NCBI GenBank assembly: GCA_030390025.1
Contig: CM059431.1
Location: 105,774,001 to 105,838,000 of the forward strand
Direction: 5' to 3'
From: Squalus acanthias
Lineage: Eukaryota
Length of the DNA: 64,000 nt
Within the stretch, counting starts at the first letter, position 1; every line of letters begins with the position of its first letter. A model generated the notes under the pieces. The model did no database searches. It was not told where the DNA came from and saw only the letters and a program-made list of their open reading frames with translations. Below, in pieces: positions 24,005 through 37,306 of the stretch. Both the position numbers and the translations under genes were made by a program.

Positions 24005-24730
24005 GGGCCTAACAATTCGGTTGTTTTGCGCCTCCAGTTAGCGCCCTAAGAGGGCACTAACGGGGCACAAAGCAACTAGTACCCGGGTGCGGCGCCGCCA
24101 ACGCCTCCCGTGAAATTCAGCAGGAGGTTAGCAGCGGTGGTAACCGTTAGCGCCCCGCCGCTGGCGATGATATCATCGCTGTGCGTAGCGCCCCGGCCGT
24201 GATCTTCGGTAGCGCCCCCTGACTTACCGCGGACGCTATGTCCGACGGGGTCAGGGGGTCCGACCTGCGGCCGGGGTGGCGCTAATTAAAGGGAAGGTGC
24301 CGGGCACCCATTTTTGTTGCTGGCTGCCTGCCAGCACCTGCCCCCGCTGCCGTCCCGGGCCTCCTCTGAAGCCCCACCGCGGAGTGCAGGCTGCGCTCCG
24401 TGAGCCCGGCACTTCTCTTGAGTGCCGGGCTCTTTTGCCGGCACTTTGATCCCTGGTGGCCCAGCTGGGCCCCGGGTTGCGCTGCGCAAGGCCCCTCCCC
24501 TTTAAGAAGGGGAGGAAGGCCTGCAGTACCGCGCGGCGCGACGGTGCCGCGATATTCACTCGCAGCGCCCCAAGTGGGAGGCGGGGCGCTTCCATTAGCA
24601 GCCTGCTTCCCTCTTCGGGAGCTACTGATGAATTACGGCCGCGGGGGCGCTAATTTCTTCGGGGCGCTAAAAGTAGCGCCCCAGCGAAGTTAGCGCCCCA
24701 AAGGGGGCGCGACTCAATTTCCCCCCCCCC
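24005..24730 (-). mobile_element. MITE family B copy 3, probably nested in an older GC-rich element (about 23825-26210)
   Basis: Reverse-complement homolog of 19419-20054, flanked by cag on both sides. Confidence 0.85.
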
Positions 24731-24748
24731 CAGGTTAATATGGGGTCA

Positions 24749-26087
24749 CATAGAAACATAGAAGATAGGAGCAGGAGTAGGCCATTCGGCCCCTCGAGCC
24801 TGCTCCACCATTTAATGAGATCATGGCTGATCATCCAAATTCAGTACCCTGTCCCTGCCTTCTCCCCATATCCCTTGATCCCTTTAGCCTTAAGAAATAT
24901 ATTTAACTCCTTCTTGAATATATTTAATGAATTGGCATCAACTGCCTTCTGTGGTAGAGAATTCCACAGGTTCACCACTCTCTGGGTGAAGAAATTCCTC
25001 CTCATTTCAGTCCTAAATGGCTTACCCCTTATCCTTATCCTGGTTCTGGATTCCCCCACCATCGGGAACATCCTTCCTGCATCTAGTCTGTCTAGTCCTG
25101 TTAGAATTTTATAAGTTTCAATGAGATCCCCTCTCATTCTTCTAAACTCTAGCGAATACAAGCCCAATCGTCCCAATCTCTCTTCATACGTCATTCCTAC
25201 CATCCCAGGTATCAGTCTGGTGAATCTTCGCTGCACTCCCTCCATGGCAAGAACATCCTTCCTTAGATAAGGCGACCAAAACTGCACACAATACTCAAGG
25301 TGTGGTCTCACCAAGGCCCTGTACAACTGCAGCAAGACATCCTTGCTCCTGTACTCGAATCCTCTCGCTATGAAGGCCAACATACCATTTGCCTTCTTAA
25401 CCGCCTGCTGCACCTGCATGCTTACCTTCAACAACTGGTGCACAAGGACTCCCAGGTCACGTTGCACTTCCCCTTTTCCCAATCTATTGCCGTTCAGATA
25501 ATAATCTGCCTTCCTGTTTTTGCCACCAAAGTGGATAACCTCGCATTTATCCACATTATACTGCATCTGCCATGCCTCTGCCCAATCATCCAACTTGTCC
25601 AAATCATACTGGAGTTTCTCTGCATCCTCCTCACAACACACACGCCCACCCAGCTTTGTGTCGTCTGCAAACTTGGAGATATTACATCTAGTTCCCTCGT
25701 CTAGATCATTAATATATATTGTGAATAACTGGGGTCCTAGCACCGATCCCTGCGGTACCCCACTAGTCACTGCCTGCCACTCGGAAAAAGACCCGTTTAT
25801 TCCAACTCTTTGCATCCTGTCTGCCAAACAGTTCTCTATCCAAGTCAGTACCTCACCCCCAATCCCACGTGCTTTAACTTTGCACGCCAATCTCTTATGC
25901 GGGACCTTATCGAAAGCCTTCTGAAAGTCCAAATACACCACATCCACTGGTTCTCCCTTATCTATTCTACCAGTTACATCCTCAAAAAATTCCAGTAGAT
26001 TAGTCAAGCATGATTTACCTTTTGTAAATCCATGTTGCCTTTGTCCGATCCTGTCACTGTTTACCAAGTGCTCTGCTATTACATCTT
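24749..26087 (-). mobile_element. CR1 (HER1-like) LINE, 5'-truncated, with an uninterrupted 408-aa RT ORF
   Basis: ORF 24841-26067 contains QHGFTKGKSCLTNL, YLDFQKAFDKVPH, GVPQGSVLGP and FADD, followed by the 3'UTR and tail. Confidence 0.97.
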
Positions 26088-28614
26088 GAGAAGGTAGCGG
26101 GATCGGAGTGGGTAACTGACTCCCGTTATTTTAACTGCCCCCCTCTCCCCTACCCCCCCCCCCCCCACCCCTCGCTGCTTCCGCCAGGTTGGGGCAGTTA
26201 AAACGGGGCCTGCGTGTCTGTGCCTCAATGTATGTGTACGTTAGAAACAAAGGCAAGTTACGTGATGACGGAGCGGCTGGTTTTAAAGGAATAGATCAGA
26301 ATGCACTTTTTCAAACGGCATTCACCAATAATGCAAACAAAGTTTGCAAGTTCCTCCATCAATTTAGTTTCTTACTTCATGCAAAACATTACAATTAATG
26401 TGCATTGTGCATAAATGGAGTGCAAGTTAGATATCGAAATCTAGGATCTAAACTTTCTTATTCAATATTGCTGTCAAGTTTTAAACCAATCACTTCCGCC
26501 TGCTCCGATTGGCAGTGAAGTCATTGCAAGGCAGCGGACAATAAGGGTGAACTAGATTCAGTGCTGATACCCGTTGTAGATACAATTTATATACGTTGTA
26601 TCGTGAAAAATGTGTCTTTGAGCAAAACATGGAACTAAACGTGTGGGGGACCCTGACTCTTTTTACTGAGTCAAACAGATGGATTTCAATGTTTATTAAT
26701 ATAAGAAAATGCACATTGGAACAAGAAATATACACAAAAAAAAACAAGGCCTTTTTAGGAAAAGTTATTGTGGACCCGCCTGGATTTGAACTGCTGCTGA
26801 CCTCTGCCTTTTTTCAAAGTCAGGACGGCATCATGTGATCGAATGTCACGTGATCAAATCTCCAGGAATACTTCAAACCAGAGTTGGCAACCCTCAGGGC
26901 CCCCTTCTCCCAGTGACTGTGTGCAAGCCACACGTCCAGCCCCCGCTAACTGAACAAACACAACCTTTCTGTGACTGGGCAGGACAATGCACCCGACAGG
27001 CCCTGTCAAATGGTTACTTAACGAGCGCTGGCAGCTCAAACACTAAGACACAACTAGCTCATTGTAGCCAGCTGCCTGTCAGATTCGGGTATAAGCAGTC
27101 TCACGCCGACCCTCACGGATTGGCGGGCCGCACTTGGCTGAACTGGTTTCCATCAGAAAGCGTGCGAAAAAACATCCCACGGCTTCAAAAAAAATCTCAT
27201 TTATTATCACGTTATCCGATTTCAAATTCTCAGATTCCCGACTAAAGGAATGCGTGAGGTGGCACCGCGCCAACCCCTGAGATTCTCGGCTAATGATTGC
27301 TGGCTTCAGGCCTGGGGGGTTCTGTCGGCAGTGGTGCTGCTCCGAGCGTTTCCCCTCTCGAGGCGAGCAGCAACTGCACTGAGGAGCTCATCACCGTTGC
27401 GCTGTGAGAATTACATTTATTGAGCGAACAGCTCAGAAAATGTCATTCCTTGAAAAGAAGCGCCATGATCCAAGTCGGCCGGAAGAGAGAATATTAATTG
27501 GAAAGCCCGGATAAAAATTAACTCAGGCTGCCGGAATTGTTCGATTCAAAATAAATATGTTAAGAGAAAATCCCAAAGTTTCATGACGTGAATAGTCTTT
27601 TGGTGTGGAAGGGATGTAATAAAATTTCTTCCTGCTTATTTTACTGCATAATTGCTTTGGGGAGGGTTTACTGCCACAGAGAAAGTGAAAGGGCATCAGG
27701 TCCCAGGTTACCGCACTATCGGAGTGACATGTTTGACTGAACAAGCCAAAGACCTCTCCCATCTAAATGACATCTTCTGTCGGCTCTATAGCCAGCTGCT
27801 GACGCCAATGCAGATGTCTCCTACACGGCGCCATGATAAGAATCCGGGTTCCCCCTTTCTTAATCTTACCACCGCCACCTCCTCCGTCAGTGGTGAGTTT
27901 TTACCAATACCCTAATTATACCAGAGACTTCTTTCCAGTATCTGCTGCAGTAATAGATGGTGCTTGCCAGCACATCACCTTTGGTCATTTTTCAAAAGGA
28001 GCAATTTTTTTTTCTACTTTACCACTAGAATAAACTGCGCTGATTTTATCTTAAAGGCCATCAGTACTCTGTAGAACATTAATGAGGCACTTCTTCGAGA
28101 TTTACGCATCTTTAAGAGCCTGCTCAGTCGAAGGCAGAAATGGACTGCCTGAGTTCCATTTAACTCTACTCCTGCCTTGTGGGTTTTTTTAGAATTGTTT
28201 CCATGGTTTTCAGAAAGCACTTTAAGATCAGGAGTAATGTCACTGTCAATATTAAGGAATTAACAACTCTCTAAATTGTTCTACCCCTACTATTTAGTAA
28301 TAAAGATATGCCCTTCAGAACAAAATGGGTTCAGCTTTGTCCAAAATCCAGACCTCTTTTGTTAACAAAAATGATCTGTTTTCCATTGAATCAGAGGCTT
28401 CGTCAACTCGACCTGCCTTTGAGGCAGTTCTCAATTTGGGGCTCAACCAGATGCTCATGGACTCATGTTTGGCCGACCTAAACTGGAATTCTCCGACAAA
28501 ACTTTGCACAGCTCTGTCACATCACTCCTTTGCCCTTCCTGACTTTTTTTTTTCCCTTTACCTCATTCCCCAGTCCCTTCTGCTGCAAAGGGGATCCATC
28601 TTAAATCAACAAGC

Positions 28615-29520
28615 TATACGAACATACAAAATTGACAAGCAGGAAAAGACCAGCTGGTCCATCGAGCCTGCCCCAACACCATGATGGCCAGAGCATCAGG
28701 ACTTAACACTTCCCACCTCTTCCACCCCCACCCACCCACCCGCCCGGCCCCCCGTCATGTAATCTCCTGCGGGAGGCAAAAAAAAAATCCCGGGCCAATA
28801 AGGGAAAAACTACACTGGAAAATTCCTCTGCAACCCCCCTCAGGCCATCAAAGCCAGTCCAGGAGATCCCACGGACCAAGTGTTATCAGTAAAGGCACTT
28901 ACATTCAATATGGTGCGATCTCTGCCCCAGTCAAGCACCGGTCCAGCTCCCTCCTGAAGGCAGAGAGTGAACACCCACTGCACCAGCCGGCAACGTATTC
29001 CAGAGACTCACTACTCCCTGGGGGGGAAAAAGAACTGCCCAACGTCCAGTCTATTCCTACTTTAACATAATTTAAACTCATGTTCTCTGCTCCTCCCCAA
29101 TCTGTTAAACTGGAATAACCTATCAATCTGTCCAGCCCTTTAATGATTTTATCGACCTCTATCAGGTCACCTCTAAGTAGGCGGCTGTAAAGTAAACAGA
29201 CCCAGGTCTTTGAGCCTACCGGAGTAGCTGAGGTTCTTTAAGATAGGAATCATTCTTGTAGCTCTGCTCTGGACCTTTTCCAAGGCCACTATATCACCCA
29301 CCATGTGGGGGGAACCAAAACTGGGCACTCCCAGATGGGGTCTGACCAGTGACCTGTATAGTGTCAACATGGTATCCTTTGATTTGTACTGAATGGTTCT
29401 ATTAATACAACCCAATACCCTGTCAGATTTAGCTAGTTTCTCTACATTGGTTATGATTCCTTCAGTGATCTGTGCACAATAACACCAAGACCTTTTTCTC
29501 TCTCAACCTCTTTCAGTATA
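28615..29520 (-). mobile_element. Diverged CR1 LINE 3' fragment (different subfamily)
   Basis: Encodes GCINRTIQYKSKDTMLTLYRSLVRPHL...LEKVQSRATRMIP. Confidence 0.8.
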
Positions 29521-29829
29521 TAAAAAATGAGGCACTGGGAAAAAATAATAATAACACTGCTGAAGGGAATCAATGGGCTACTTATAGAGATGCTCTTTGT
29601 ATTAAACTACAAGAGAATAAGGCGACAGGATTATAAACGAGAAAACAAGGAGCTAAATATAATTTTTAAAGAAATTACTTTACATTTATCAGTTGTTAAA
29701 TTATGAATGAGGCTGCCACCTAGTGCAACAAAAGTAGACTCGAGGATTGAGAAAAGCACAGACTCTGCAGTGAACAGACTGGCACATATTTGGTGCGAGG
29801 GAGAAGAAAATAACCTGTGGATCTTATTC

Positions 29830-30046
29830 AAAAGCAAGACACTGCGGATGCTGGAAATCTGAAATAAAAACAGAAAATGCTGGAAATACTCAGCAGGTCA
29901 GGCAGCCTCTGTAGAAAGAGATAGAGAAACAGAGTTAAACATTTCAGGTTCTGACGAGGGGTCATCGACCTGAAACGTTAACTCTGTTTCTCTCTCCACA
30001 GATGCTGCCTGACCTGCTGAGTATTTCCTGCATTTTCTGCTTTTAT
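29830..30046. mobile_element. Penelope-derived fold-back element with central hammerhead motif
   Basis: Inverted arms as in 55868-56568, and ctgacga...gaaacgtt core at 29951-29979. Confidence 0.85.
29947..29983 (+). ncRNA. Minimal type-I hammerhead ribozyme motif
   Basis: ggtt CTGACGA ggggtc atc gacct GAAACGTT aact: conserved core, stem II, palindromic ACGT stem III, and helix I ggtt/aact. Confidence 0.7.
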
Positions 30047-30191
30047 CTATAGATCTTACTGATGGATCGAGATAGTTGGGCTTCTCAAATTCAAGCTTGT
30101 TTATCCTGCACTCTATGTGGCAGTGGGACCCAGTGATAGAACAGTTCCATGAAGTTCCCATTGTTTTCATTGTCATAATACTCACAAACCA

Positions 30192-30785
30192 TGGGGTGGA
30201 ACTATACAGACCAAACTCCCGTTAAAAATCAAGGCCCAGCAATTCGATTGCACTGCCTCTGTTTTACAGGCGTAAAGCAGGCGCCTGAAGGTCAGTTATG
30301 GCGGTCGGCTTGCGTGCGCTCACTCCGTGCCAGAAGTGTGCCACCCACCTTTATTAGCGAGGGCTGCTCGGCAGCTGTCCAGGGCTGCACTCCTGCACCT
30401 GGCATTAGGCCCAATTGCAGCAGCAAATCCGGGGCCTAAGGCCTGCGTCAGGCCCCTTTGTGAAATTGGACTGCGGATGGACGCGGTATGCGGCGTGAAT
30501 CCGGTTTCTTCAGCTGCTCAGCAGCCAGGAGAGCTCCTCCCGGCTCCACATTAAAACCACGGTCTGCTGCCGGCCACCGCTCACTGCCCCTCCCCGCAGG
30601 TTGCCTCCCCCCAACCCAAGCGACCTCTGGTGCCCTGAAACAGTACCCGCAGCTCGTCGGTACTAATCTGACGAGGCCGGCGAACCAATTTGGTGTCGTC
30701 CCACCGCCGGCCCCATTAGGCGTGTGCAGAGTGCGCTGCACCAGGAATAGGCCCTGTTCTGGCCGTGCTCCAATTTCTAGGCCCC
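30192..30785. mobile_element. GC-rich MITE-like element
   Basis: The right end aatttctaggcc matches the TIR of 47098-47853 and 48721-48873. The left end is degenerate. Confidence 0.5.
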
Positions 30786-31099
30786 AGTGTTTGTTTAGAA
30801 AATAGGGACTGATCCTTAATTTGTCCACTGTGTTTGGTTTTCCATATTAATTGCTGTGTTCGTCAAATTTGGAGGATACTAATGCTGAAAAATGGTACAC
30901 CTTTCTAATTCAGGTATGGGTATTAACAAACACTCCCAGTTAAAGTACTCTACACCCAGCTGCAGAGTAAAGCCCTTTCAGTTCTCTCCTCGGGTGCCTC
31001 AACCAAAGCTCAGAAGAGCACCAGTGTAACATTTCGGGTTCCTATACGAGCCATCCATCTGACTTTTCTGAGGCAGATTATCGATGCAGTGCTAATTTC

Positions 31100-32165
31100 A
31101 CAGAATCTTACAACACAGAAACAGGCTGTTCGGCCCAACTGGTCCGTGCCAGTGTTTATGCTCCACAGGAGCCTCCTCCCACCCTACTTCATCTCACCCT
31201 ATCATAGAAACATAGAATCTAGGAGCAGGAGTAGGCCATTCGGCCCGTCGAGCCTGCTCCGCCATTCAATACGATCATGGCTGATCATCCAAATCCAATA
31301 CCCTGTCCCTGCTTTAATCCCCAACAGTACACATATCCCACCCTACCCCCGTAACCCCACGTATTTAATTCCCCCTAACATATCCCATCCTATCCCCATA
31401 ACCCCACATATTTAATCCCCCCCTAAAACTAAGGGTCAATTTATCATAGCCAAATCAACCTAACCCGCACATTTTTGGACTGTGGGAGGAAACCGGAGCA
31501 CCCGGAGGAAACCCACGCAGACACGGGGAGAATATGCAAACTCCACACAGACAGTCACCCGAGGTCAGATTCGAACCCGGGTCCCTGGCGCTGTGAGGCA
31601 CCAGTGCTAACCACTATGCCACCGTATCAGCATATCCCTTCTATTCCTTTCTCCCTCCTGTGTTTATCTAGTTTCCCCTTAAATGCATCTTCGCTATTCA
31701 CCGCAACTGCTCCCTGTGGTAGTGAGTTCCATATTCTAACCACTCTAGGTAAAAAAGTTTCTCCTGAATTCGTTATTGGATTTATTAGTGACTATCCTAT
31801 ATTTATGACCCCTAGTTTTGGACTCCACCGCAAGTAGAAACATCAAAGTGCTTGATTGGTTGTAAAGCACTTTGGGATGTCCTGAAGTTGTGAAAGGTGC
31901 TATATAGATGCAAGTCTTTCATTCTTTCTTCTCTACCTCTACCCTATCTAACCCCTTCATAATTTTAAAGAGCTCTATCAGGTCACCTCTCAGTCTTCGC
32001 TCGAGAAAACAGCCCCAGTCTATTTAGTCTTTCCTGATGGTTGTAACCTCTCAGTTCTGGTATCATCCTTGTAAATCTTGTTTTCACTTTCTCCAGTGCG
32101 CTATATCCTTTTTGTAATATGGAGATCAGAACTATGCACAGTACTCTAAGTGTGGTCTCACCACA
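31100..32165 (-). mobile_element. CR1 3' fragment interrupted by a V-SINE and a short SINE tail
   Basis: CR1 3'UTR and ORF2 C-terminal sequence lie on both sides of 31203-31625. Confidence 0.75.
31203..31625 (-). mobile_element. HE1-like V-SINE
   Basis: Reverse complement of the 22380-22817 family, flanked by tatca. Confidence 0.9.
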
Positions 32166-33189
32166 GTCGTTATTAGGGCAGTTTATACTGCAAGCTACAC
32201 TGACTAAAATTAAGATTACACTGCCTAAACTTAATTTATGCAGGAGCTTCCATTCTATTTGTTTGCATTAGATTCAAACCCAGACCCCTAGAGATGAGAG
32301 GAGAGTGTGCTAACCCACTGCACCAGTCATTCCGCCACTCTTTAATTTGGTTTGAAATTGTTAGAGCATGTTATGCATTTCAAAGAACAAAGCAAGGGCA
32401 CAGGCGATTAGATTTATTCTGAAGGGGTGATAGTGCTGACTGAAGCTTTTGGTTTTTGGAGCCCTGCCATTGACTTCTGTTTGTTTGCCCCCTTTTTTTT
32501 TCTCCCTGGAACAGTTCCTTATCCACTAATGCGCAAACGTGTTGTGCTAGCTCCCCTGGAGTAACATGATTTTTCACATGAAAATAACACAGTGGCCTTA
32601 ATGGGGTTGGGGGGGGGCGGGGGGTAAATCTGTCGGCATAATGTCATTTTCACAGTCACCAGTCTGGTCTGTCGCGCCGTGAGGCGCTGCTGAAAACCTC
32701 AGCAAGTTCTGGGAAGGTTTCCAAGCTCTGGGTCCCTGAATCTGAAGCGAGGCTTGTTACAGCTCAGATGGCTTTTAAGTCCTAATTTAGTGGAAATGTC
32801 TCCAAAGCAATGACTGATCTCTCTGAAAGCACGATTTAGTGCAAATTCCAGCCTGTTTGCCTTCCGATTTTATAACATGCTTTTTTATTTCTAATATCCA
32901 ATAAAACCTAAATGTCACAGATTCAATATGATTAGTTTTACCACTTTGTGATTTACGTCAGTATTTAGGAGTAAAGAGTACAATTTTCTGAAGTTAGCAG
33001 ATTGCGCAGACACACACAACCAGTCTCCAACAGCAACCTCTTGTGGGGGGCTTGTCACTGCGCCAATCTGATTGCAAGTTCCATTGCATGTGGCAAAGCC
33101 TTTCGCACTGTAAGAAAAGAGCAGCACTCTGTGACTCGGTGTGGCTCTTAGAGAAAAGAGAGTGGGTGGGGGGACACCTTTAATAGCTC

Positions 33190-33610
33190 AACGGTTAAGC
33201 AACGCCTCGATTTTAAAATTCTCATCCTTGTTTTCAAATCCCTCCATAGCCTCGCCGCCTCCCTATCTCTGTAATCTCCTCCAACCCCACAAACCTCCGA
33301 GATATCTGGCCTCCAATTCTGGCCTCTTGAGCATCCCTGATTTTAATCGCTCCACCATAGGTGGCCGTGTCTTCAGCTGCCTAGGCTCAAAGCTCTGGGA
33401 TTTCCTACCTAAACCTCTCCGCCTCTCTACTTGTCTTTCCTCCTTTAAAACGCTCCTTAAAACCTATTTCTTTGACCAAGCTTTTGGTCACCTGCCCTAA
33501 CATCTCTTTATGGCTCGGTGTCAAATTTTGTTTGATAATCGCTCCTGTGAAGAGCCTTGGGACGTTTTACTAGGTTAAAGGCACTACATAAATACAAGTT
33601 GTTGATGTTG
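33190..33610 (+). mobile_element. L2 LINE 3' fragment
   Basis: Encodes PPPYLCNLLQP...LLKTYFFDQAF, then the tail. Confidence 0.9.
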
Positions 33611-33744
33611 TAAACGCACTATCCAATGTGGAGCTGGTACAGACCGAGAAGACCACAGATTTAACCCTCACTTTGTGCTGCGCTGGCAGATCTCGGCCAG
33701 GACAGAGGTAGTCTCAATTTTGGGATGTGGAAGACAATGGGTAA

Positions 33745-34775
33745 GGAAGCATTTATTGCCCTGAGGTGGTCCTTGAACCATTCCAGTCTTTGTGTTGATG
33801 GTACCTCAGCCATGGCGTTGGGTAAGAAATTCCAGATTACTGAGCCAGCGACAATGAAGAAACGGTGAGAGATGACCAGGCCAAGTTGACTTGAATGCGG
33901 AGGTGATAGCACTCCCCATGACTTTGCTACGCTTGTGCATCTTGGTGCTAGAGAGGAGGGAGGTGCTGTCGAAGTAACCTTGGTGAGTTGTGCATACTGT
34001 AGTTAGTGCATAGTGCAGCCAGAGTATATCAGTGATGGATATTGAGTCCAGTGGTAGGGGCGCCAATCAAGCAAACTGCTGTGTGACTGGATGGTGTGAC
34101 TGCATCTTGAGTGTTGTTGCAGCTGCACCCATCCAGGCAATTGGAAAAGAATGTAATCAACTTTCCTGGTTTCTAATATGTGTTTACATTCTGCAAATGG
34201 CAATTTAGATGTTCTCAATGACAGGGTTGTGTTTTCTGCATGGTCATTACTGACCATGGATGGGGTGTCATTAAAACTTTAGCTGTGTTTTCCAGCTGTG
34301 AGCAGCATCGTGCTCTCTCCTGACTAGAGCCTTGTAGATGGTGGAGAGGCTTTGAGGGATCAGGAGATGAGCCACTCATCACAGAGTGCCCAGCCTCTGC
34401 CCTGCTCTTGTAGCCCTGGTGTTGATTGGCCAGATCCAGTTAAGTGTCTGGTCAATGGTGAGCCCCAAGATGTTAACAGAGGAGGGGGAACACAGCGATG
34501 GTGGTGCCGTTGGGCTTTTTCTTGCCGGAGATAGATTCCCTGCCACGTATTTGTCCAAATGGTGCCTGCCACTTGTCAGCCCAAGCCTGGATATTGTCCA
34601 ATTCATGTTGTAGGTTGGCATAGACTGCTTCATTATTGGAGGAGCTGTGAATGGAGCTGAACACTGTGGAATGGTCAGGAAAACAGCCCCACTCCTGACT
34701 TTAGGACGAAAGGAAGGTCATTGACAAATCGACTGAAGACATTTTGGATGCGGACACTGCCCTGAAGAACTCCAT
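33745..34775 (-). mobile_element. Degraded copy of the second CR1-group LINE family
   Basis: Fragments ELDNIQAWADKWQ, NILGLTIDQTLNW and FFIVAGSVIWNFLP. Confidence 0.75.
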
Positions 34776-34944
34776 ATTATTGGTGGACAAGGAAAGGGGG
34801 AGAAAATCAGCCAGAGTCCTGCTGCTGATTCCTATCTAGTGATGCTGTCTGGATAGTGCACACATGTTGACCCTGCATGCACAAGGCTGTTGTCTTTCCC
34901 CCAGAGTCAAATAGCTTGCTGACATTCTCTCGGCTCAGACTTTG

Positions 34945-36810
34945 AAGAACAACAACAACTTGTATTTATATAACGCATTTAACGTAGTAAAATGTCCCAA
35001 GGCGCTGCACAGGAGTATTATAAGGCAAAAAATTTGGCACCGAGCCATATAAGAAGTTAGGGCAGGTGACCAAAAGCTTGGTCAAAGAGGTAGGTTTTAA
35101 GGAGCATCTTAAAGGAGGAAAGAGAGGTAGAGAGGCGGAGAGGTTTAGGCAGGGAATTCCAGAGCTTAGGGCCTAGGCAACAGAAGGCACAGCCACCAAT
35201 GGTTGAGCGATTATAATCAGGGATGCTCAAGAGGGCAGAATTAGAGGAGCGCAGATATCTCGGGGGGTTGTGGAGCTGAAGGAGATTACAGGGATAGGGA
35301 GGGGCGAGGCCATGGAGGGATTCGAAAACAAGGATGAGAATTTTGAAATCGAGGCGTTGCTTAACTGGGAGCCAATGTAGGTCAGCGAGCACAGGGGTGA
35401 TGGGTGAACGGGACTTGGTGCAAGTTAGAACATGGGCAGCCGAATTTTGGATGACCTCAAGTTTACGTAGGGTAGAATGTGGGAGGCCAGTCAGGAGTGC
35501 GTTGGAATAGTCAAGTCTAGAGGTAACAAAATCATGGGTGAGGGTTTCAGCAGCGGATGAGCTGAGCCAAGGGCGGAGACAGGCGATGTTATGGAGGTGG
35601 AAATAGGCGGTCTTAGTTATGCTGCGGATATGTGGTCGGAAGCTCATTTCAGGGTCAAATATGACACCAAGGTTGCGAACAGTGTGGTTCAGCCTCAGAC
35701 AGATGTTAGGGAGTGGGATGGATTCAGTGGCTAGGGAATGGAGTTTGTGGCGGGGACCGAAAACAATGGCTTCGGTCTTCCCAATATTTAATTGGAGAAA
35801 ATTTCTGCTCATCCAGAATTGGATGTCGGACAAGCAGTCTGACAATTTAGAGACCGTGCAAGGGTCGAGAGAAGTGGTAGTGAGGTAGAGCTAGATGTCG
35901 TCAGCATACATGTGGGAACTGACGCTGTGTTTTCGGATGATGTCGCCAAGGGGCAACATGTAGATGAGAAATACGAGGAGGCCAAGGATAGATCCTTGAG
36001 GGACACCAGAGGTAACGATCTGGGAGCAGGAAGAGAAACCATTGCAGGTGATTCTCTGGCTACGATTAGATAGATAAGAATGGAACCCGGCGAGTGCAGT
36101 CCCACCCAGCGGGATGACGATGGAGAGGCGTTGGAGAAGGATGGAGTGGTCAACCGTGTCAAAGGCTGCAGACAGGTCGAGAAGGATGAGAAGGGATAGT
36201 TTACCTTTGTCACAGTTAAAAAGGATGTAATTTGTGACTTTGATGAGAGCCGTTTCGGTACTGTGGCAAAGGCGGAAACCTGGTTGGAGGGATTCAAACA
36301 TGGAACTGCGGGAAAGATGGGCACAGATTTGGGAGGTGACAACCCATTAAAGGACTTTGGAGAGGAAAGGGAGATTGGAGATGGGGCAGTAGTTTGCAAG
36401 GACGGAGGGGGTCAAGGGTTGGTTTTTTGAGGAGAGGGGTGATGATGGCTGATTTTAGGGAGAGGGGGACAGTACCTGAGGAGAGAGAACCGTTAACAAT
36501 GTCAGTTAACATGGGAGCCAGAAAAGGAAGTTGGGTGGTCAGCAGTTCGGTGGGAATAAGGTCGAGGGAGCAGGAAGTGGGACTCATGGACAAGATGAGC
36601 GTGGAGAGGTCATGAGGGGAGATCGGAGAGAAACTGGAGAAAGATGCGAGTTCAGGGCTAGGGCAGGGGGGAACCTTAGAGGAAGTTTTGCCCAGTGGGC
36701 TAGGGGAAGGAAGGAAAGTGACAGAGGCAGCTGAACGGATGGTCTCAATCTTAGAGACAAAGAAGTCCATGAACTCCTCACACTTGTTGTTAGAGGTGTT
36801 GTTGTCACAT
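34945..36810 (-). mobile_element. L2 LINE, about 1.85 kb 3' portion with a disrupted RT ORF
   Basis: Encodes QPGFRLCHSTETAL, LLDLSAAFDTVDH, GVPQGSILG, YADD and WMSRNFLQLNIGKTE; ends in a (ttg)n tail. Confidence 0.96.
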
Positions 36811-37306
36811 AACAGCCACTTTATGTGAAACACCAGAGTGCAACCAGCAGCCATGAAACTCTGCTGCACATGAGTCAGGAGCGGAGGGAAAAAAAAGATG
36901 TGGGTTAAGGAAGTATGACAGACGATTTTATAATTTAATGGAAATGAGCTACTTTAATAGAGTGAGAGGCAGTCATTTGCACTAGGCCACTTAAGAAGAA
37001 GCAGATTAAAAATATGAATGCGTGGCTTGACAGATGGTGTAGGAGAGAGCGTTTAAGATTTCCACAGCATTAGGACAAGTTTCAGGACAGGGCTAAACTC
37101 TATAGATGGAGCTGGTTTCACCTAAACTAAACCAATATTACTTGCCTTTTCAGAGAAAGTAAATAGAACAGTGGGGGGAGGTTTTCAAGCTAATAAGGTG
37201 GTGGAAAGGCCAAATCTTGGGGAGGGATTTAGAATAATTACAGTGAAGGGGCAAAGCAATCTAAAATAGTAAGCTCAAGGACAGGGATTATGGAGAGACT
37301 TACCTT

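Noticed and set aside
24841..26067. RT ORF as a domesticated or autonomous gene
   Set aside because: It is a 5'-truncated CR1 lacking ORF1, the endonuclease and the RT N-terminus.
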